Below are positions 12,939-24,961 of a stretch of 64,000 nt of DNA, piece after piece; position 1 is the stretch's first letter; the number at the start of each line of letters is the position of its first letter. Origin of the DNA: Balanoglossus misakiensis (lineage: Eukaryota; Animalia; Hemichordata). The notes under the pieces are model-generated. The model saw only the letters and a list, made by a program, of their open reading frames with translations. It did no database searches and was not told where the DNA came from. A program made the position numbers and the translations under genes. The stretch is taken from assembly GCA_040954595.2 (NCBI GenBank), contig CM082579.2, positions 5,817,625 through 5,881,624 of the forward strand, given 5' to 3'.

Positions 12939-15746
12939 TTACACTGGCCCCAATTTCCGCCGGAGCACTTTGACCAATCCGCTTGCCTGTTCCACCACGA
13001 ACACGTACGTGTACCGCTCGTCGTCGGCGTCGCTCTTCACACAGATGCCGACGGGGGCTTTCACCTGGTCTTTGGACCGGTCGACCCGGCACACCCACGA
13101 ACCGTACATGTCGAACTTCTGCACTCGGTTGTTCCAGCAGTCGCACACGTACACGCAGCCGTACTTGTCTGTGGCCAGGCCCTCCGGGTGGTAGAACTGG
13201 CCCTTGTCAGTTCCCAGCGACCCGAACGAGAGGAGGTGTTCCCCTCCCTCGCTGTACACCTTGACCGCGTGGTTGCCGCAGTTCGATACGTACACGTTGC
13301 CGTTGGTGCTCCCAACAGCGACGCACCACGGGGTGGCCAGTCGGGCGTCTTCTTTCTCCCACTTGCCAAAAGCCTTCACGAACTCGCCGTCTTGGCGGTA
13401 GACGAGCACAGAATCTGCGTTCGTATCGGCAACATATACATTTCCGTTGGTGGGGCTGATCGCAATGCCTCGGGGGTGTTTAAATTTCCCCTTGCCGAAG
13501 CATCTGACGAGCTCTCCGTTTTCGTCGCAGACTACGACCTGCTTGTTGCCGGCATCCGTGGTGAAAATGTGACCGTCCTCGGACACCGCCGAGAACTCGG
13601 GTTTGAAGTCGTTGTCAAAATCGGGAAACTCGATGATTTTCTTACTTTCTCCGTTTACAGTGAACGTCTGCAGCCTGTTATTTCCAGTGTCGCCCACCAC
13701 CACGTCTCCGCCCCCGAGTGACGCCACGCCCCAGGGTCCCTTCAACTGCCCCGCACTTGACCCCGAACCACCGAATTTCCGTATCAAACCTTTCTGTTTC
13801 GTGTGTTTGATCTTCTGGTAACCGGCCGATGGCTCCTTCGGTCTGGTAGCGGGTGAACTTTCTTGCTCGGGCTGTCTTTTATCCGCTGTTTGTGCACAAA
13901 CAAATTCGACGAATTTGTCAATCCCCGGATCCTCCGATTCCATCAACTCCTCGTACGGAAACCGTTGACTATCGATGGACACCGTGTCCACGGTGGACGA
14001 GCTGTTGTCCGTGTACTCAGACGAGTCACTTTCGATGTTGCCGGTAACTGTGGGGGGTTCTTCGCGGGGCGCGATCTTGGAAACATCCGAGGCAGTTTGA
14101 TTATCCTGGAATACGGACAATTCTGTGGAGTCACTTGGAATGCCACCATCTCTGCTAAACTTGCCTGCAACGCAGTCTGAGTGGCGCTGCTCACTACTGG
14201 CCAATATTGCGGCACCTTCCCCGGTTGCGCTGATGCAGTCACCTGAAGTCTCACCATGTTGCGCCTCGGCTTCTGTTGTGATTGTGCCGACACTGCTGGC
14301 TTCTGCTTCGCCTGGCTCGTTTGTTGTGTCACTCCCACCTGTTGCCATGGCTGCCCCATCCACGTCGACTCCCCAAGTTTCGTTTCTGTCGGCCATCTTC
14401 TGTGCTATGCTGTCATCGCCGGCAGGAACCTGGTCTGACTGCTTCACTGCATGTTGTGAGTCTCTAGCTGTTGCGTACGAAACTTCTACCGAGATGTCTT
14501 CTCCAGGACCGGCACCAGACTCTTCACAAACGTTGTCCACATTCACATCCTTTTCGCCACCCACAATTTCACCACCTCCATATATATCGACTACCTCAAT
14601 ATCTAGCTGCAAGTCTGCATGATGCGCAGTGTCGTCTCCATTCTCCACTGTCGGCCGCACCATTTGCAACTTCCCGACAGTCTTCGTTTCACAGAATTCG
14701 CCCGAAGGCAGGAACTGCAAGTAATCGTCCTTGGTCGGCTCGCACCTCGTGTCCGTCGTTCGCAAGTCCTCCGTCTGTGAGATTATTTCATTCCTGGCCG
14801 ACATGAGATAGGAGTCGTTGCCGTGTCGAACCAGCCTCTCTGTAAAATCCCTCGCGTGTGCCAAATCGTCTTCCATGCATTCGACTCCCTTGAGCTGTGC
14901 GCGCAGATTCACCCTCCTCTCTTCGTACTCCTCGTCCAGGAGTCTCGCCAGGTGTGCCCCGTCTTCTCGTATTCTGTTGGTCATGTCTTCCACGGTCTTG
15001 TCGACGTGATCCCCTAGCTTTGTCTTGGCGACTTGATAATGGTCATTCAACGACTCGATTCTTCGCTGTATGTTCGCCTTGCTGTCGACGGCGTCACTTT
15101 CTCTCCCTTTAAGGTCTTGCGTCACTTCGGAAAGATGCCGGACGAACTCGGAGGCAGCTTCCTTGAGGTATCTGTACTTGTGGACAGGCCGGGGATGGTC
15201 CAAGACGGTGCATTCGAGGCAGATCGGGATCTCGCACGTATCGCAGTAGAACGTTTCCGGGTGGTTTAAGTGTCTGCTGCAGTAGACCGGTGGCTGTACA
15301 GAGGCCGGGTCCTCTGACCTGGTCTTGTGATATTCGTCAATCGCCAACAGCCTGTGCGTTCGGGTCGCCGGGATGAATTTATGGGCAGCCGAACAAGTCG
15401 CACAGAGACTCACCGCGCAGTCCAGGCACCGGTCTGTGACGTCACCCAGCTTGCATGCCTCGCACTTCACAGACTCCGTCACGATTTTCTTCTCTTTCTT
15501 CACGAGTTCGTCGATTAACTCGTTCCCCCTGAGCCCCGCCACCCCCGAAGCAGGCACTTGGGCAGGGCGGCGACAGGTTGGACAGGTCAGCGCGCCTGTT
15601 TTCTCGACAAGCTTGCTCAGGCATTGTTCGCAGAAGCTGTGTAGACAGGCCAACAGCTTGGGATTCGTATACAGCTCCGAGCAGATCCCACAGAAGAGAA
15701 AATCGTCGTCATTATCAGCCGAGAGAGTCGATTCGTGGCTCGCCAT
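12939..15746 (-). CDS. Intronless TRIM-NHL E3 ubiquitin ligase (RING, 2 B-boxes, coiled coil, acidic low-complexity linker, NHL repeats); TRIM2/3/71-like family
   Basis: 935-aa ORF. RING CGIC..CLHSFCEQC..CPTC; B-box1 CEAC..CLDC..LCATC..H..H; B-box2 C.RH..FYCDTCEIPICLEC..H..H; C-terminal NHL repeats (PWGVA, PRGIA, PEGLATD, NNRVQKF). Confidence 0.95.
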   Translation of the reverse strand: MASHESTLSADNDDDFLFCGICSELYTNPKLLACLHSFCEQCLSKLVEKTGALTCPTCRRPAQVPASGVAGLRGNELIDELVKKEKKIVTESVKCEACKLGDVTDRCLDCAVSLCATCSAAHKFIPATRTHRLLAIDEYHKTRSEDPASVQPPVYCSRHLNHPETFYCDTCEIPICLECTVLDHPRPVHKYRYLKEAASEFVRHLSEVTQDLKGRESDAVDSKANIQRRIESLNDHYQVAKTKLGDHVDKTVEDMTNRIREDGAHLARLLDEEYEERRVNLRAQLKGVECMEDDLAHARDFTERLVRHGNDSYLMSARNEIISQTEDLRTTDTRCEPTKDDYLQFLPSGEFCETKTVGKLQMVRPTVENGDDTAHHADLQLDIEVVDIYGGGEIVGGEKDVNVDNVCEESGAGPGEDISVEVSYATARDSQHAVKQSDQVPAGDDSIAQKMADRNETWGVDVDGAAMATGGSDTTNEPGEAEASSVGTITTEAEAQHGETSGDCISATGEGAAILASSEQRHSDCVAGKFSRDGGIPSDSTELSVFQDNQTASDVSKIAPREEPPTVTGNIESDSSEYTDNSSSTVDTVSIDSQRFPYEELMESEDPGIDKFVEFVCAQTADKRQPEQESSPATRPKEPSAGYQKIKHTKQKGLIRKFGGSGSSAGQLKGPWGVASLGGGDVVVGDTGNNRLQTFTVNGESKKIIEFPDFDNDFKPEFSAVSEDGHIFTTDAGNKQVVVCDENGELVRCFGKGKFKHPRGIAISPTNGNVYVADTNADSVLVYRQDGEFVKAFGKWEKEDARLATPWCVAVGSTNGNVYVSNCGNHAVKVYSEGGEHLLSFGSLGTDKGQFYHPEGLATDKYGCVYVCDCWNNRVQKFDMYGSWVCRVDRSKDQVKAPVGICVKSDADDERYTYVFVVEQASGLVKVLRRKLGPV

Positions 15747-17324
15747 GGCGCAGTGATCTCACACGGTCGAATGCTTATCTGTGCAATATAATACTTGGGT
15801 GACGTTTTCGATGCATACCTGTCTGTTGGCGGTTTGCCATTCCTTTCAAGTGTGTAACCCTCCGTGCTCGAGTGCGTATACCTTTCTGAAAAAGCATGTC
15901 CTTTGACCTCCTCGATCATATATTCACTAATTTCTATCGGTGGGGAAGTAATGTTTAAAAAATGCAAATCGGAACTCCGTCATTTATTACTGTAATGTTT
16001 TCAGCTCCCTGTGTGACGAACCAGGTTCTTTCTTCGACAGCCAGCCAGCCAGACAATCAGACAGACATACATATTGGTAGATAAATTGAGTGATTGATTG
16101 ATTAACTAAATCTCTCTGGACGTTGATGTGCGTTTGTGAGGTTTCACTCTGACAGTAGTGGGCCTTACAAAGTCTACATTTGCTTTTGTGGGCGTCACCT
16201 GACTTCCGTATACTCGTAATCAATAACACACACACAAATGATGACTTCATGGTTTGGTTAAGAATGTCTTGATAGATCGATTTGAAGATTAAATCAACCA
16301 CACGTGTTTCTTTTCATACATCTTGGAATATCAATGTGATTTCTAGTCAATGGTCTTTGACGGAAAATTCACGAAAATGCTGATATGCCAATGACTTTTC
16401 ATTTTATTCACAAGAATATAGACCAAGAAACTTTTCCATGACCCTAATTATTTCGTATGCAACCGAAACATTGCTGTTGCCAGCTAAATAAACTGGCATT
16501 TTACAGTAGTAATAAGCAAATGTCCTAAATAAGATATTGAATTCTACATTTGAAAACTCATAGTTTCCGCGGCGGTCATCGGATAAACACAATAATGAGA
16601 CTCTTCACCGATCACTGACCAAAATCATGAAATGGGCGAGAAACCGGTCCAGGAATAAAAAAGGTCTGATCTGACACATACGTGAAAAATTACCCTTTCG
16701 CAAAAAGGTAACGGTTTCGGCTGTTTTCTGTTCCTTTTTAGCCCAAATTTACGGATGGAGTAGTGGAATAATTTTCAATCCACACCGAATGTGTACACTG
16801 TACTTCTAATCTAAATAACAGTAATTTTTAACCGATTTATTGCGTTCAGTGTTCCACATTTACAACCATTTACACGAATTATGTACAAAGCCGACTGCCG
16901 ACCTTGCTCATCCAGAATGCATAATTTAAAAATATTAGCGGCTGCGAATAAACTTGATGAATATAGACCAAAATGCACACTATAATAAAGAACTGTTTGA
17001 AACAATGGTACATTTCTGTTTTACTTATTACTCAAGAAAGGAACTGAAACAATCGAAGAAAAGGAAAACTAAGCGGATGAAAATGGAAATGATCAATACT
17101 CATACTGTATAAAAATGTATCTCTGACTCGGGAAATGCAAGTGTTCACGATCAATCTAGCACAACAATTACATCGGTAAGTCTGACACAAGGAATGCAAT
17201 AGTCCTTTACTGAGGTTTAAGGTCACAGCTGTTTCCTACTATTTTGATTTCATCACTGTGTTTTGACTGAACTTTGTATTTTTTCTGTCCATCTAGGTGT
17301 GTCATATATCCACTATGAAATCAG

Positions 17325-19538
17325 TCACTGAGTGATAACTCTGACGCAGCAAGATCCCTGTTCCACAACAAGAATTCTCTGGAAGGGCTCTTCCCCGATG
17401 ACACACACCCCGGTAGGGTATCCCAGTGCCTCTGCTCCACAGTCGACTTGGCAGACAAATGCACCGGATGACGTGAATTTCTGTACTCGGTGGTTGCCGT
17501 AATCACAGACGTAGACATTGCCGTGCTGGTCAGTGCACAATCCCTCGGGGTTGTTAAACTGACCATTGCCTCGACCTTGGGACCCAATGGAAGACAGGTA
17601 GCCGCCATCCGCGTTGAAGACCTTGACGCAGTATAGACCCAAATCAGACACAAAGACTTTCCCTGTGCTACTTTCCACAGTGGCGCACCAGGGGCCAGTG
17701 AACTGACTAGCCCCGAAACCCTTACTTCCAAATGACTTTATGAAGTCTCCAGTTTGACTGTATATGCGGATACAACAAGAAGACTGGTCGACGACGTACA
17801 CGTTACCATTGTACGGACTAATGGCGATACCGAAGATTTCCCTTATCTCACCTTTGCCAAAACATCTTATCAGCTTACCGTCCTCATCACAGACGACGAC
17901 CTGATTATTACCACAGTCTGTGGTGAATATCGTTCCGTCTTCAGCCACTGCAGAGTAATGTGGCGTGAAGTTTTGAATCTCTGCAAATTTATAAAACATC
18001 TCATGTTTTCCCGTTAAGGTAAATGATTGTAATCTTCCGTTACCTGCATCACCTACTAAGACGTGTCCTCTCTTTGTCACTGTCACTCCCCAGGGACGAC
18101 CCAGCTGTCCTGCCCCAGATTTACTCACTGAGCCTCTCTTCGGGAAGACAGTAACCGTGGCCGGTGACCCTTCAGCGGATTTACCATCGACAGCCACCGA
18201 CAGTTCAAATTCGCCTTCAACCTTCAAACGACTTGTCAGTGCAAACGAACCGTCGTTATTGTCCGTTACTGTCACATTTTCAGTCTTGCCATCTGGCGTC
18301 TTCGTCACGGCGGTAATTTTCTCCTTCGTTAATTTTGCTCTCGTATTCTGAGAGTCGACAGAACGCAGTGTGCCTCTGACCTCTTCGCCGATTCTCACAA
18401 ACTTCGGAACGTCGCTTAATTCACATCTTCCTGGACTGCCACTCATTTTTATCGTTCCCAAAGTCTTAGTCTCACAGAAATTGTCGGCAGGTTGGAACTC
18501 CAGGCCATCATCGCGAACTGGTTCGCACTTCGTCTCCAGCTTTAACAAACCCCTAATCTGTGACGTCATGTTCCTCCCCGCAGACATCAGCTGAGAAGCG
18601 TTACCGTACTGCATTATTTTCTCGGCGTATTCTCTGGTTGTGGCGATGTCGTTCTCTGTACACCCGAGGTCTTTCAGTTGCGCTTGCAGATTCGTTTTCC
18701 TGTCGTCGTATTCACTTTTCAGCTGACTCAGAAGCCCTTTGCCGCTCTCCCGTATCTTGCGAGTGTTTTCTTCAATGGTTTTATCCATGTGTTCTTTCAC
18801 TTTCTGTTCTTCTTCCTGGAAGCGACCGTCCAAGGATTCAGACATCTCTTGCACAGCAGCCCTGCTTTGACCGACTTCGTTTTCCTTGATTTTCAGGTCA
18901 CGTGTCATCTTCCCGAGCTGCTCTTTGTATTCGGCCGCGGCTTCGTCTATATATCTAAATTTGTGGTCTGGACGAGGATGGTCTATCGCCGTGCATTCGA
19001 GGCAGATCGGCGCTTCGCACGTATCGCAGTAAAATTTAACCTGGTTGTCATGGTGCTTGTCGCAATAGGCCGGTGGTTGCACCGAAGCTGGGTCGTTGAA
19101 CTTTGCCTTTTCGTATTCAACAATGGGCAGCAGGCGATGAGATCGCGTGATTGGCACGTACCTGTGAGCTTCTGAACAAGTACTGCAAAAGTTGACGGCA
19201 CAATCAACGCATCTGGTGGCGACGTCGCCTTTCTTGCACGCTTCACATTTCTCCTGTGCCGTCGACTTCTGGTCTTGCTTGTCGAACTGTTCCACAAGCT
19301 GGTTTACAAAGCGGTTGGCTGGCAACTTCGCCACGCCCCCAGCGGGAACTTCGTGTGCACGGCGACATATTGGACACGTCAGTTTCCCAGTTTTCTCCAC
19401 AATCTGACCGAGACACTTCTCACAAAAGGTGTGCACACACGGCAAGACTTTGGCGCTCTTGTACCGCTCGGAGCATACGCCACAAGAGAGAAAGTTCTCG
19501 TTGATTTCTTCCAGAAACTGCGACACTTTGCTCGCCAT
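17325..19538 (-). CDS. Intronless TRIM-NHL E3 ubiquitin ligase (RING, 2 B-boxes, coiled coil, filamin/ABP280 repeat, NHL repeats); TRIM2/3/71-like family
   Basis: 737-aa ORF with the same RBCC motifs as its neighbour. It has a filamin-type segment (VTDNNDGSF..EGEFELSVAVDG..GSP.TV) and NHL repeats (FNNPEGLCTD, GNHRVQKF). Confidence 0.95.
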   Translation of the reverse strand: MASKVSQFLEEINENFLSCGVCSERYKSAKVLPCVHTFCEKCLGQIVEKTGKLTCPICRRAHEVPAGGVAKLPANRFVNQLVEQFDKQDQKSTAQEKCEACKKGDVATRCVDCAVNFCSTCSEAHRYVPITRSHRLLPIVEYEKAKFNDPASVQPPAYCDKHHDNQVKFYCDTCEAPICLECTAIDHPRPDHKFRYIDEAAAEYKEQLGKMTRDLKIKENEVGQSRAAVQEMSESLDGRFQEEEQKVKEHMDKTIEENTRKIRESGKGLLSQLKSEYDDRKTNLQAQLKDLGCTENDIATTREYAEKIMQYGNASQLMSAGRNMTSQIRGLLKLETKCEPVRDDGLEFQPADNFCETKTLGTIKMSGSPGRCELSDVPKFVRIGEEVRGTLRSVDSQNTRAKLTKEKITAVTKTPDGKTENVTVTDNNDGSFALTSRLKVEGEFELSVAVDGKSAEGSPATVTVFPKRGSVSKSGAGQLGRPWGVTVTKRGHVLVGDAGNGRLQSFTLTGKHEMFYKFAEIQNFTPHYSAVAEDGTIFTTDCGNNQVVVCDEDGKLIRCFGKGEIREIFGIAISPYNGNVYVVDQSSCCIRIYSQTGDFIKSFGSKGFGASQFTGPWCATVESSTGKVFVSDLGLYCVKVFNADGGYLSSIGSQGRGNGQFNNPEGLCTDQHGNVYVCDYGNHRVQKFTSSGAFVCQVDCGAEALGYPTGVCVIGEEPFQRILVVEQGSCCVRVITQ

Positions 19539-20862
19539 TTCGACAACCTGACGCTCACAGTCTTCTCGAAGGGCTTTCTGTCCCCAAAATGGCTGCGAGT
19601 TCGGCGAATCAATGCATATAAACCGTGTAGAAATATTAGTGCGTTAAGTGGTCTGGTGACCTGTTCGTGGAATTAGTGAAGTCAGCCAATTCATTTTCGT
19701 TTCCATATTCGTATGTGAACTAAGAGTGCCATTTTACCCCCACGTTTTCACCAGAAAACATAAATTTACTGTTTGTATGCCAATTTTCTAACTGTTTCCG
19801 TATTGCAAAATATCGAGGCCCGTAAGATGAACGATAGAAGCAGATTTTTCGCTTACCAGGTAGTAGTTTTTGCATTAATTTGCATATTATATCCCCAATT
19901 AAGAAAATGTGGTAAACTATAAAGCATATGTGAATATTTCGGGAAAACAGTGAAAATAGAAGTGACTTGGCTTGACTTAAAAACCTGTGAAGACACGATA
20001 CTGGGTAACATGGACAACGGATCAACAGGTGCAGGAATGCTTGAAGTTGAATCATGAAGCTGCTATCAGTCACATCTCAAGTTCACCTGCCAAGGTCTGG
20101 TGCGCTTGGGAGACTGTGGTCGAGCCAACGACCCGTGCAAGCGGACGATCAGTCAGTGATTCCTGCGCCTGTGACTGGATCATGGGTGGATCCACAATAG
20201 GAGAAGGATAAACCGGTACGTTTCCTGTTGTACAAAATAGGCCTAACCCCCATCGCAAGACAAATGAAAATGTAATACTTTGATAAGTTGTGTTCTTTAC
20301 AGAAGCGCACGGTACACTATAAAATACTAGTAGTATTGCTGAAACAATTTTGCTCGCTTACTTAGAATTTGAGTAGAAACAGTTGGTTCGATCTTTCGTT
20401 TCTCTTCTAGGATATCCGCCGTATTAGTAGTAGGCTCCAGATTGGATCATTTCGAGTCGTGAAAATTTCATTTGTGGGCGTACTAAGCCTAATGAACACA
20501 TGAAGTCAGTCAGATACCCTGCTCTGTTTGTGAGGAAAAAGATAGAGTCAGATGTCTATTTTGTCTTTATCCTGGCTATACCAAAACTATAGCCTCCAGA
20601 ATGGGTATTGAACTCGAATCTAGTATAGCTTGAATGTAGCCTATAGCAGAGAAGGAACACAAGAAAGACTACAGTATGTTACAGATCAATGTCACGATTG
20701 TGCTTTGTCAAAGCGAGTAAATAAACCAAACAATGCTTTGATTCAAGGGCTTTGGACCGAGGCGAACACAGCATGTACATTTGTAAGCGTGAAAGTGAAT
20801 ACATAATTTTATGTACGTTCATGACCCAGGGCTCTCCGCTCCTGACCCCTGTTCACACCAAG

Positions 20863-23333
20863 ATGGCGCTCGACGCAAGGACGGTAGCTGTTACGCTAGC
20901 GCAGAACCTGTCCCTGTTTTTGCTAGTATTCCTCGGGATTTGTAGTGTGGGAATGACCTACGATGATTGTAAGTGACCACACTATAACTTTCTTGTGTCT
21001 TGAATGGTTTTCCGCGTTCACGAAATGTCGATCGATCGCTCAATTTGAGCAAAAATCAGCCGATCGTCTGTATCGAGACAACGCCCATGGCACTCAGTAC
21101 TGTAAATAGGTGTCACGGTCTCAGTAATGTTTGCGTTTTGCAGATGGAACCACACAACGAAGAATGTTTTGAAATTGTTGTTGCGAGGCATTTCGATGAC
21201 TGTTGCCAAATACACATGGAGACAATTCAATATTGCAATGAAAAACGTTAAGAGTTTGTTTTATACTGACCCCTCTGAATACGTGTCAGCGTTTCACTGT
21301 TTGTTTTATGCATATGTCTAAACAGATTATTTTTCATATTTTTTCAAAGTGCTGTTGGTAAGTGGACAGTGCGAAAGATCTAAATGAAATACACTGTACT
21401 ATGTTATATTTGCTTACTAAGCGTAGAATCGGAATTTAAACCACTCGACTCGGTGGCAGTCTCAGTACTGTCTATGGTTGTAATTTGCGGATTGGAGTAA
21501 TCGACCCGCCTCCGGATTCTGTCTCATGGCCCCGACCCTGCATAAAATAGTAAGCCAGCTAAGCGACGGTGCGAACGAACTGACATAGGGACAGCACTGT
21601 CTAAGCTCATGATGCGAACAAAACACAGACGACATACATTACAATAACCGTCGACATTCTTTTGTTCAGTGAGTCAATAATTTGACCCATGTCGACCATA
21701 TTGACATGTTGCCGTCACATTATTTTTTATAGACATTTTGCATTTTACACTGACCTAGGCGACAAGCACTTTGTACAAATATACACAGTGCAATAAATAA
21801 TCATAAACTGACATTTTATTTGTTGCGTGGTCGTTTATTGTTCTCTTTGATATCGGTCAACCAGAAAGGGCGAACGATATCTGTATTTCTAGCAGCCATT
21901 TAATATGTTACATACCAAAATGCCACCATCTTTCATCTATGCCTTACAGTTGTCATGGTAACATTCTCGCTGCACAAGAATCGTGATTTTGGGAACCCAC
22001 AGAGCATGGTGACGACTTCATTTTCAAAAGCTAGTCTGTTCTGTGTTTCGAAGCTCAGATTTCTCAGTTCCCATGCAAATAAAAAGAGACTTGGACTTTA
22101 CAATGTCGATTGATGTACTTTCTTTTTATAGATAAAATGGTCGACGACGGACTCACAGATTGTTCTAAGAGCGTCAACTCGCAGGGCGGACGAATCAAGG
22201 CTTACGATCACGGCAGCGCCACGCCGGATTTCGGATGTCAGTTCACGGTCACCTCGGCCAACGCAGACCAACGTTTCTATATACGATTCGACAAATTCGA
22301 TGTGAAATCCGGCATGCCCGACTGCAGCGATCACAAACTGGAGATTTACGACGGCGACAGCACGGCCGCCGACAGGCTCACCGGGGCGAACGGACTGTGC
22401 CAAAGCGGTGACGACACCTCGCTGCCCGCACCTGTATTCTCCACCGGCAATAGCGTCACCTTCTACCTTTTCGACAACGCGGCTGACAATTCAGCAGACT
22501 TCAGGCTCGTGTACTCGGCTTACAAAGACAGCAGTGGTAAAATGCAGTAGATTAATGATACTTTGCCGTTTCCAAAAGTAAAACCGTTCTGCGTCCTGCC
22601 CGAGGACTTAAGTTATGATGAACTATTCAGAGTCACACGCAAATATTTATACACTACTATACATATTTAATTCTTGCATTTTTTCCGTATCAAAGCACAT
22701 CTTCTCCATTTATATTATCTTTCAGATGGGATGTGTTACAAATGCCAGAACGCCACGGACATCTGCATAGACCCGACTCTGAAGTGTGACGGACTTGGAA
22801 ACTGTCCCAAAGCTTCAGACGAGTCAATATCCAAAGGCGGCGGCTGTGAAGGTAAGATTTAGGGGTGGTGAGGGGGGTTACTCCCCATGTAAATGTATAC
22901 AGCAGTGTATACACCACGTAATTTTTTGGCCCCATGTATACTTTTGACTACTGACCTCGTCATAGACTTTTGACCATGCTGTATTCGACAACAGCCATGA
23001 TCGTATACCTTTAACCAGTCTATTTTTCTTGTGTACACAGATACCAGCATTGGATTTCTCACAGTCTGGCTCATCGTCTTTTGCGTCGTAATCGGCGTCA
23101 TTGTTCTGGTCCTCATCATTGCCTGCGTCTGCTTCATATGGTTCTTCTGTCGCCGAAAGACCCGGCCGAAGGCGGCCACGGCGACCGGCTACAAGTCCAC
23201 GGCGGACACCCCGGCGGCCTACACGCCGCAACCCGGCCAACAGGGAAACCTGCGGTCTGCGCCCGGCGAAGGCGACAACGTGGGCTACGACGCCGAGAAC
23301 CAAGAAGTGGTCGTGCCGCAGAAAGCAGAATAG
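20863..23333 (+). CDS. CUB-LDLa-TM receptor, paralog B
   Basis: Exons 20863-20968 (signal), 22132-22536 (CUB, DCSDHKLEIYDG), 22726-22851 (LDLa, CYKC..CIDPTLKCDGLGNCPKASDES) and 23041-23333 (TM plus tail). GT-AG, phase 1 introns. Confidence 0.9.
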
Positions 23334-23858
23334 TTGCCGTAGAACGATTTAGTCAGTGCCGTCATTTCCCACTTGTCACAGCAAATCCGCAGATTTTTGC
23401 AAAGATAAAAAACAAACTTTTGGTGACATACTAGCACTATAACTGAGCCGATGCAAATTACACAGTAAATAGAATCCATAAATAGAATTTCTGCAGAAAT
23501 TGTCAATGGTACAGCCACAACAATGCCATTCTTTCTGTTTCCACATTGTTTTATGCATTTTGAATTAATACTTAGTAGAGATTTCTACTTCCTCAATAAT
23601 TTAAAGACGGATCGAATTTATTTTAAAGGCCGCGCTGTACTTTCTCACCCTGAGTCACAAGTCTCTGTCCGTGTACCGCGATGACGTCACAGTACCATTT
23701 TCCTTGACTTTTTTGCTTTCTATTGAAAGTTCGTTTTTATCAAAGCTAGATATGTATTAATTTGGTTTCTATGAATCAGTAACGTACTTTTTAAAACCGG
23801 GCGAATATACTTGTTTCCTCAACGTGGCCGGCGAGAGGCAGCATCAAAAAGTTGCGCA

Positions 23859-23859
<1 letters not shown>

Positions 23860-23944
<85 letters not shown>
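23860..23944. repeat. (AAC)n microsatellite
   Basis: Pure AAC run downstream of the paralog B stop codon. Confidence 0.97.
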
Positions 23945-24961
23945 GGGAAACCTGGCTAGCACCTCGAGCACCGCCAGAAACTAACATAACAATTTCGATA
24001 ATGCGCAAAATAAGTCTTTCAGAGAACTATTCAGGGGTTTTTTTAACTTCACGTTTTTATGTGCCTCGGACGTTATTTAAGATTTCTTATCGCGGCCTTG
24101 TTACAGTCACGTATTATTCGTATTCCAACGGCGATAACTGAGGTGACTGTACTTCGGAAGCGCTAAAATATTTAGAGAGACCGTTGGACATGTTGTAGTA
24201 ACGTTGGTACAATCCTATCATCCTTTTACAGTTACCTTCATGTTGGGAGTCTTCATTTTTAATGCGAGTTTTTTCTCATTTACATGATAGATCATAATAC
24301 CCCAACCTAATGTACTATAGACAATACTTCGTTTGTCAACAGGAATATTTTATGTTTTAAACAACAGCGTAATGTTTCGAATTTATATTTCTTAATGTAA
24401 TAAAGTTATAACAAGAGATTGGTGACCGTGTTGTGTATTGTTTTCTCTTTCAAAATTTACTTTGTCGTAACTTTTGAACTTTTGATGGCAACTTCTACTT
24501 TTACAGAATTTGACATGTTTTGACATTGCATTCCTGTTCTATTCCGTACAGTAACATGCTAAAATGCCTAGTATTCTCCTTGTCAACAAAAACTACATAT
24601 GTGAAACGACTATCATTATTGTTGTTAACTACATGTACAATGATCGAAGACCGAATCTGGAGAACAATCATTTTCAACAAGAACAAATTCTGACTATGTG
24701 GCACAACGGGGCAGATCATCACGCTTCGGAATTCTGCAGCAGAAACTGCAAGAGATACGCTTAGGCCTACACATTACAAAATACAGCCAAAATGTGTGGA
24801 GCTTTATACTTGTTTTATACGACAAATATCGACGATAATTAGTTTTGCGTGTTTTTATGCTCCCTATTCTCAGGCAAGACAGCGCATGCGCCTTAATTAA
24901 ACTGTTTTGTTTATCTGTTTGTTATGTGTTTGTGTGGTCGGCCAAGCTCACGGTAAAAATC

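Noticed and set aside
13188-19676. Many plus-strand ORFs overlapping the TRIM genes
   Set aside because: They are antisense shadows of long coding sequences with no recognisable domains.
19690-20410. IRF/ISRE-like GAAACGAAA words upstream of the TRIM pair
   Set aside because: They are short motifs that also occur elsewhere in the window (e.g. near 9848), and the TSS is unknown, so support is insufficient.
23824-24141. Poly-Asn ORF
   Set aside because: It derives from the (AAC)n microsatellite downstream of paralog B.
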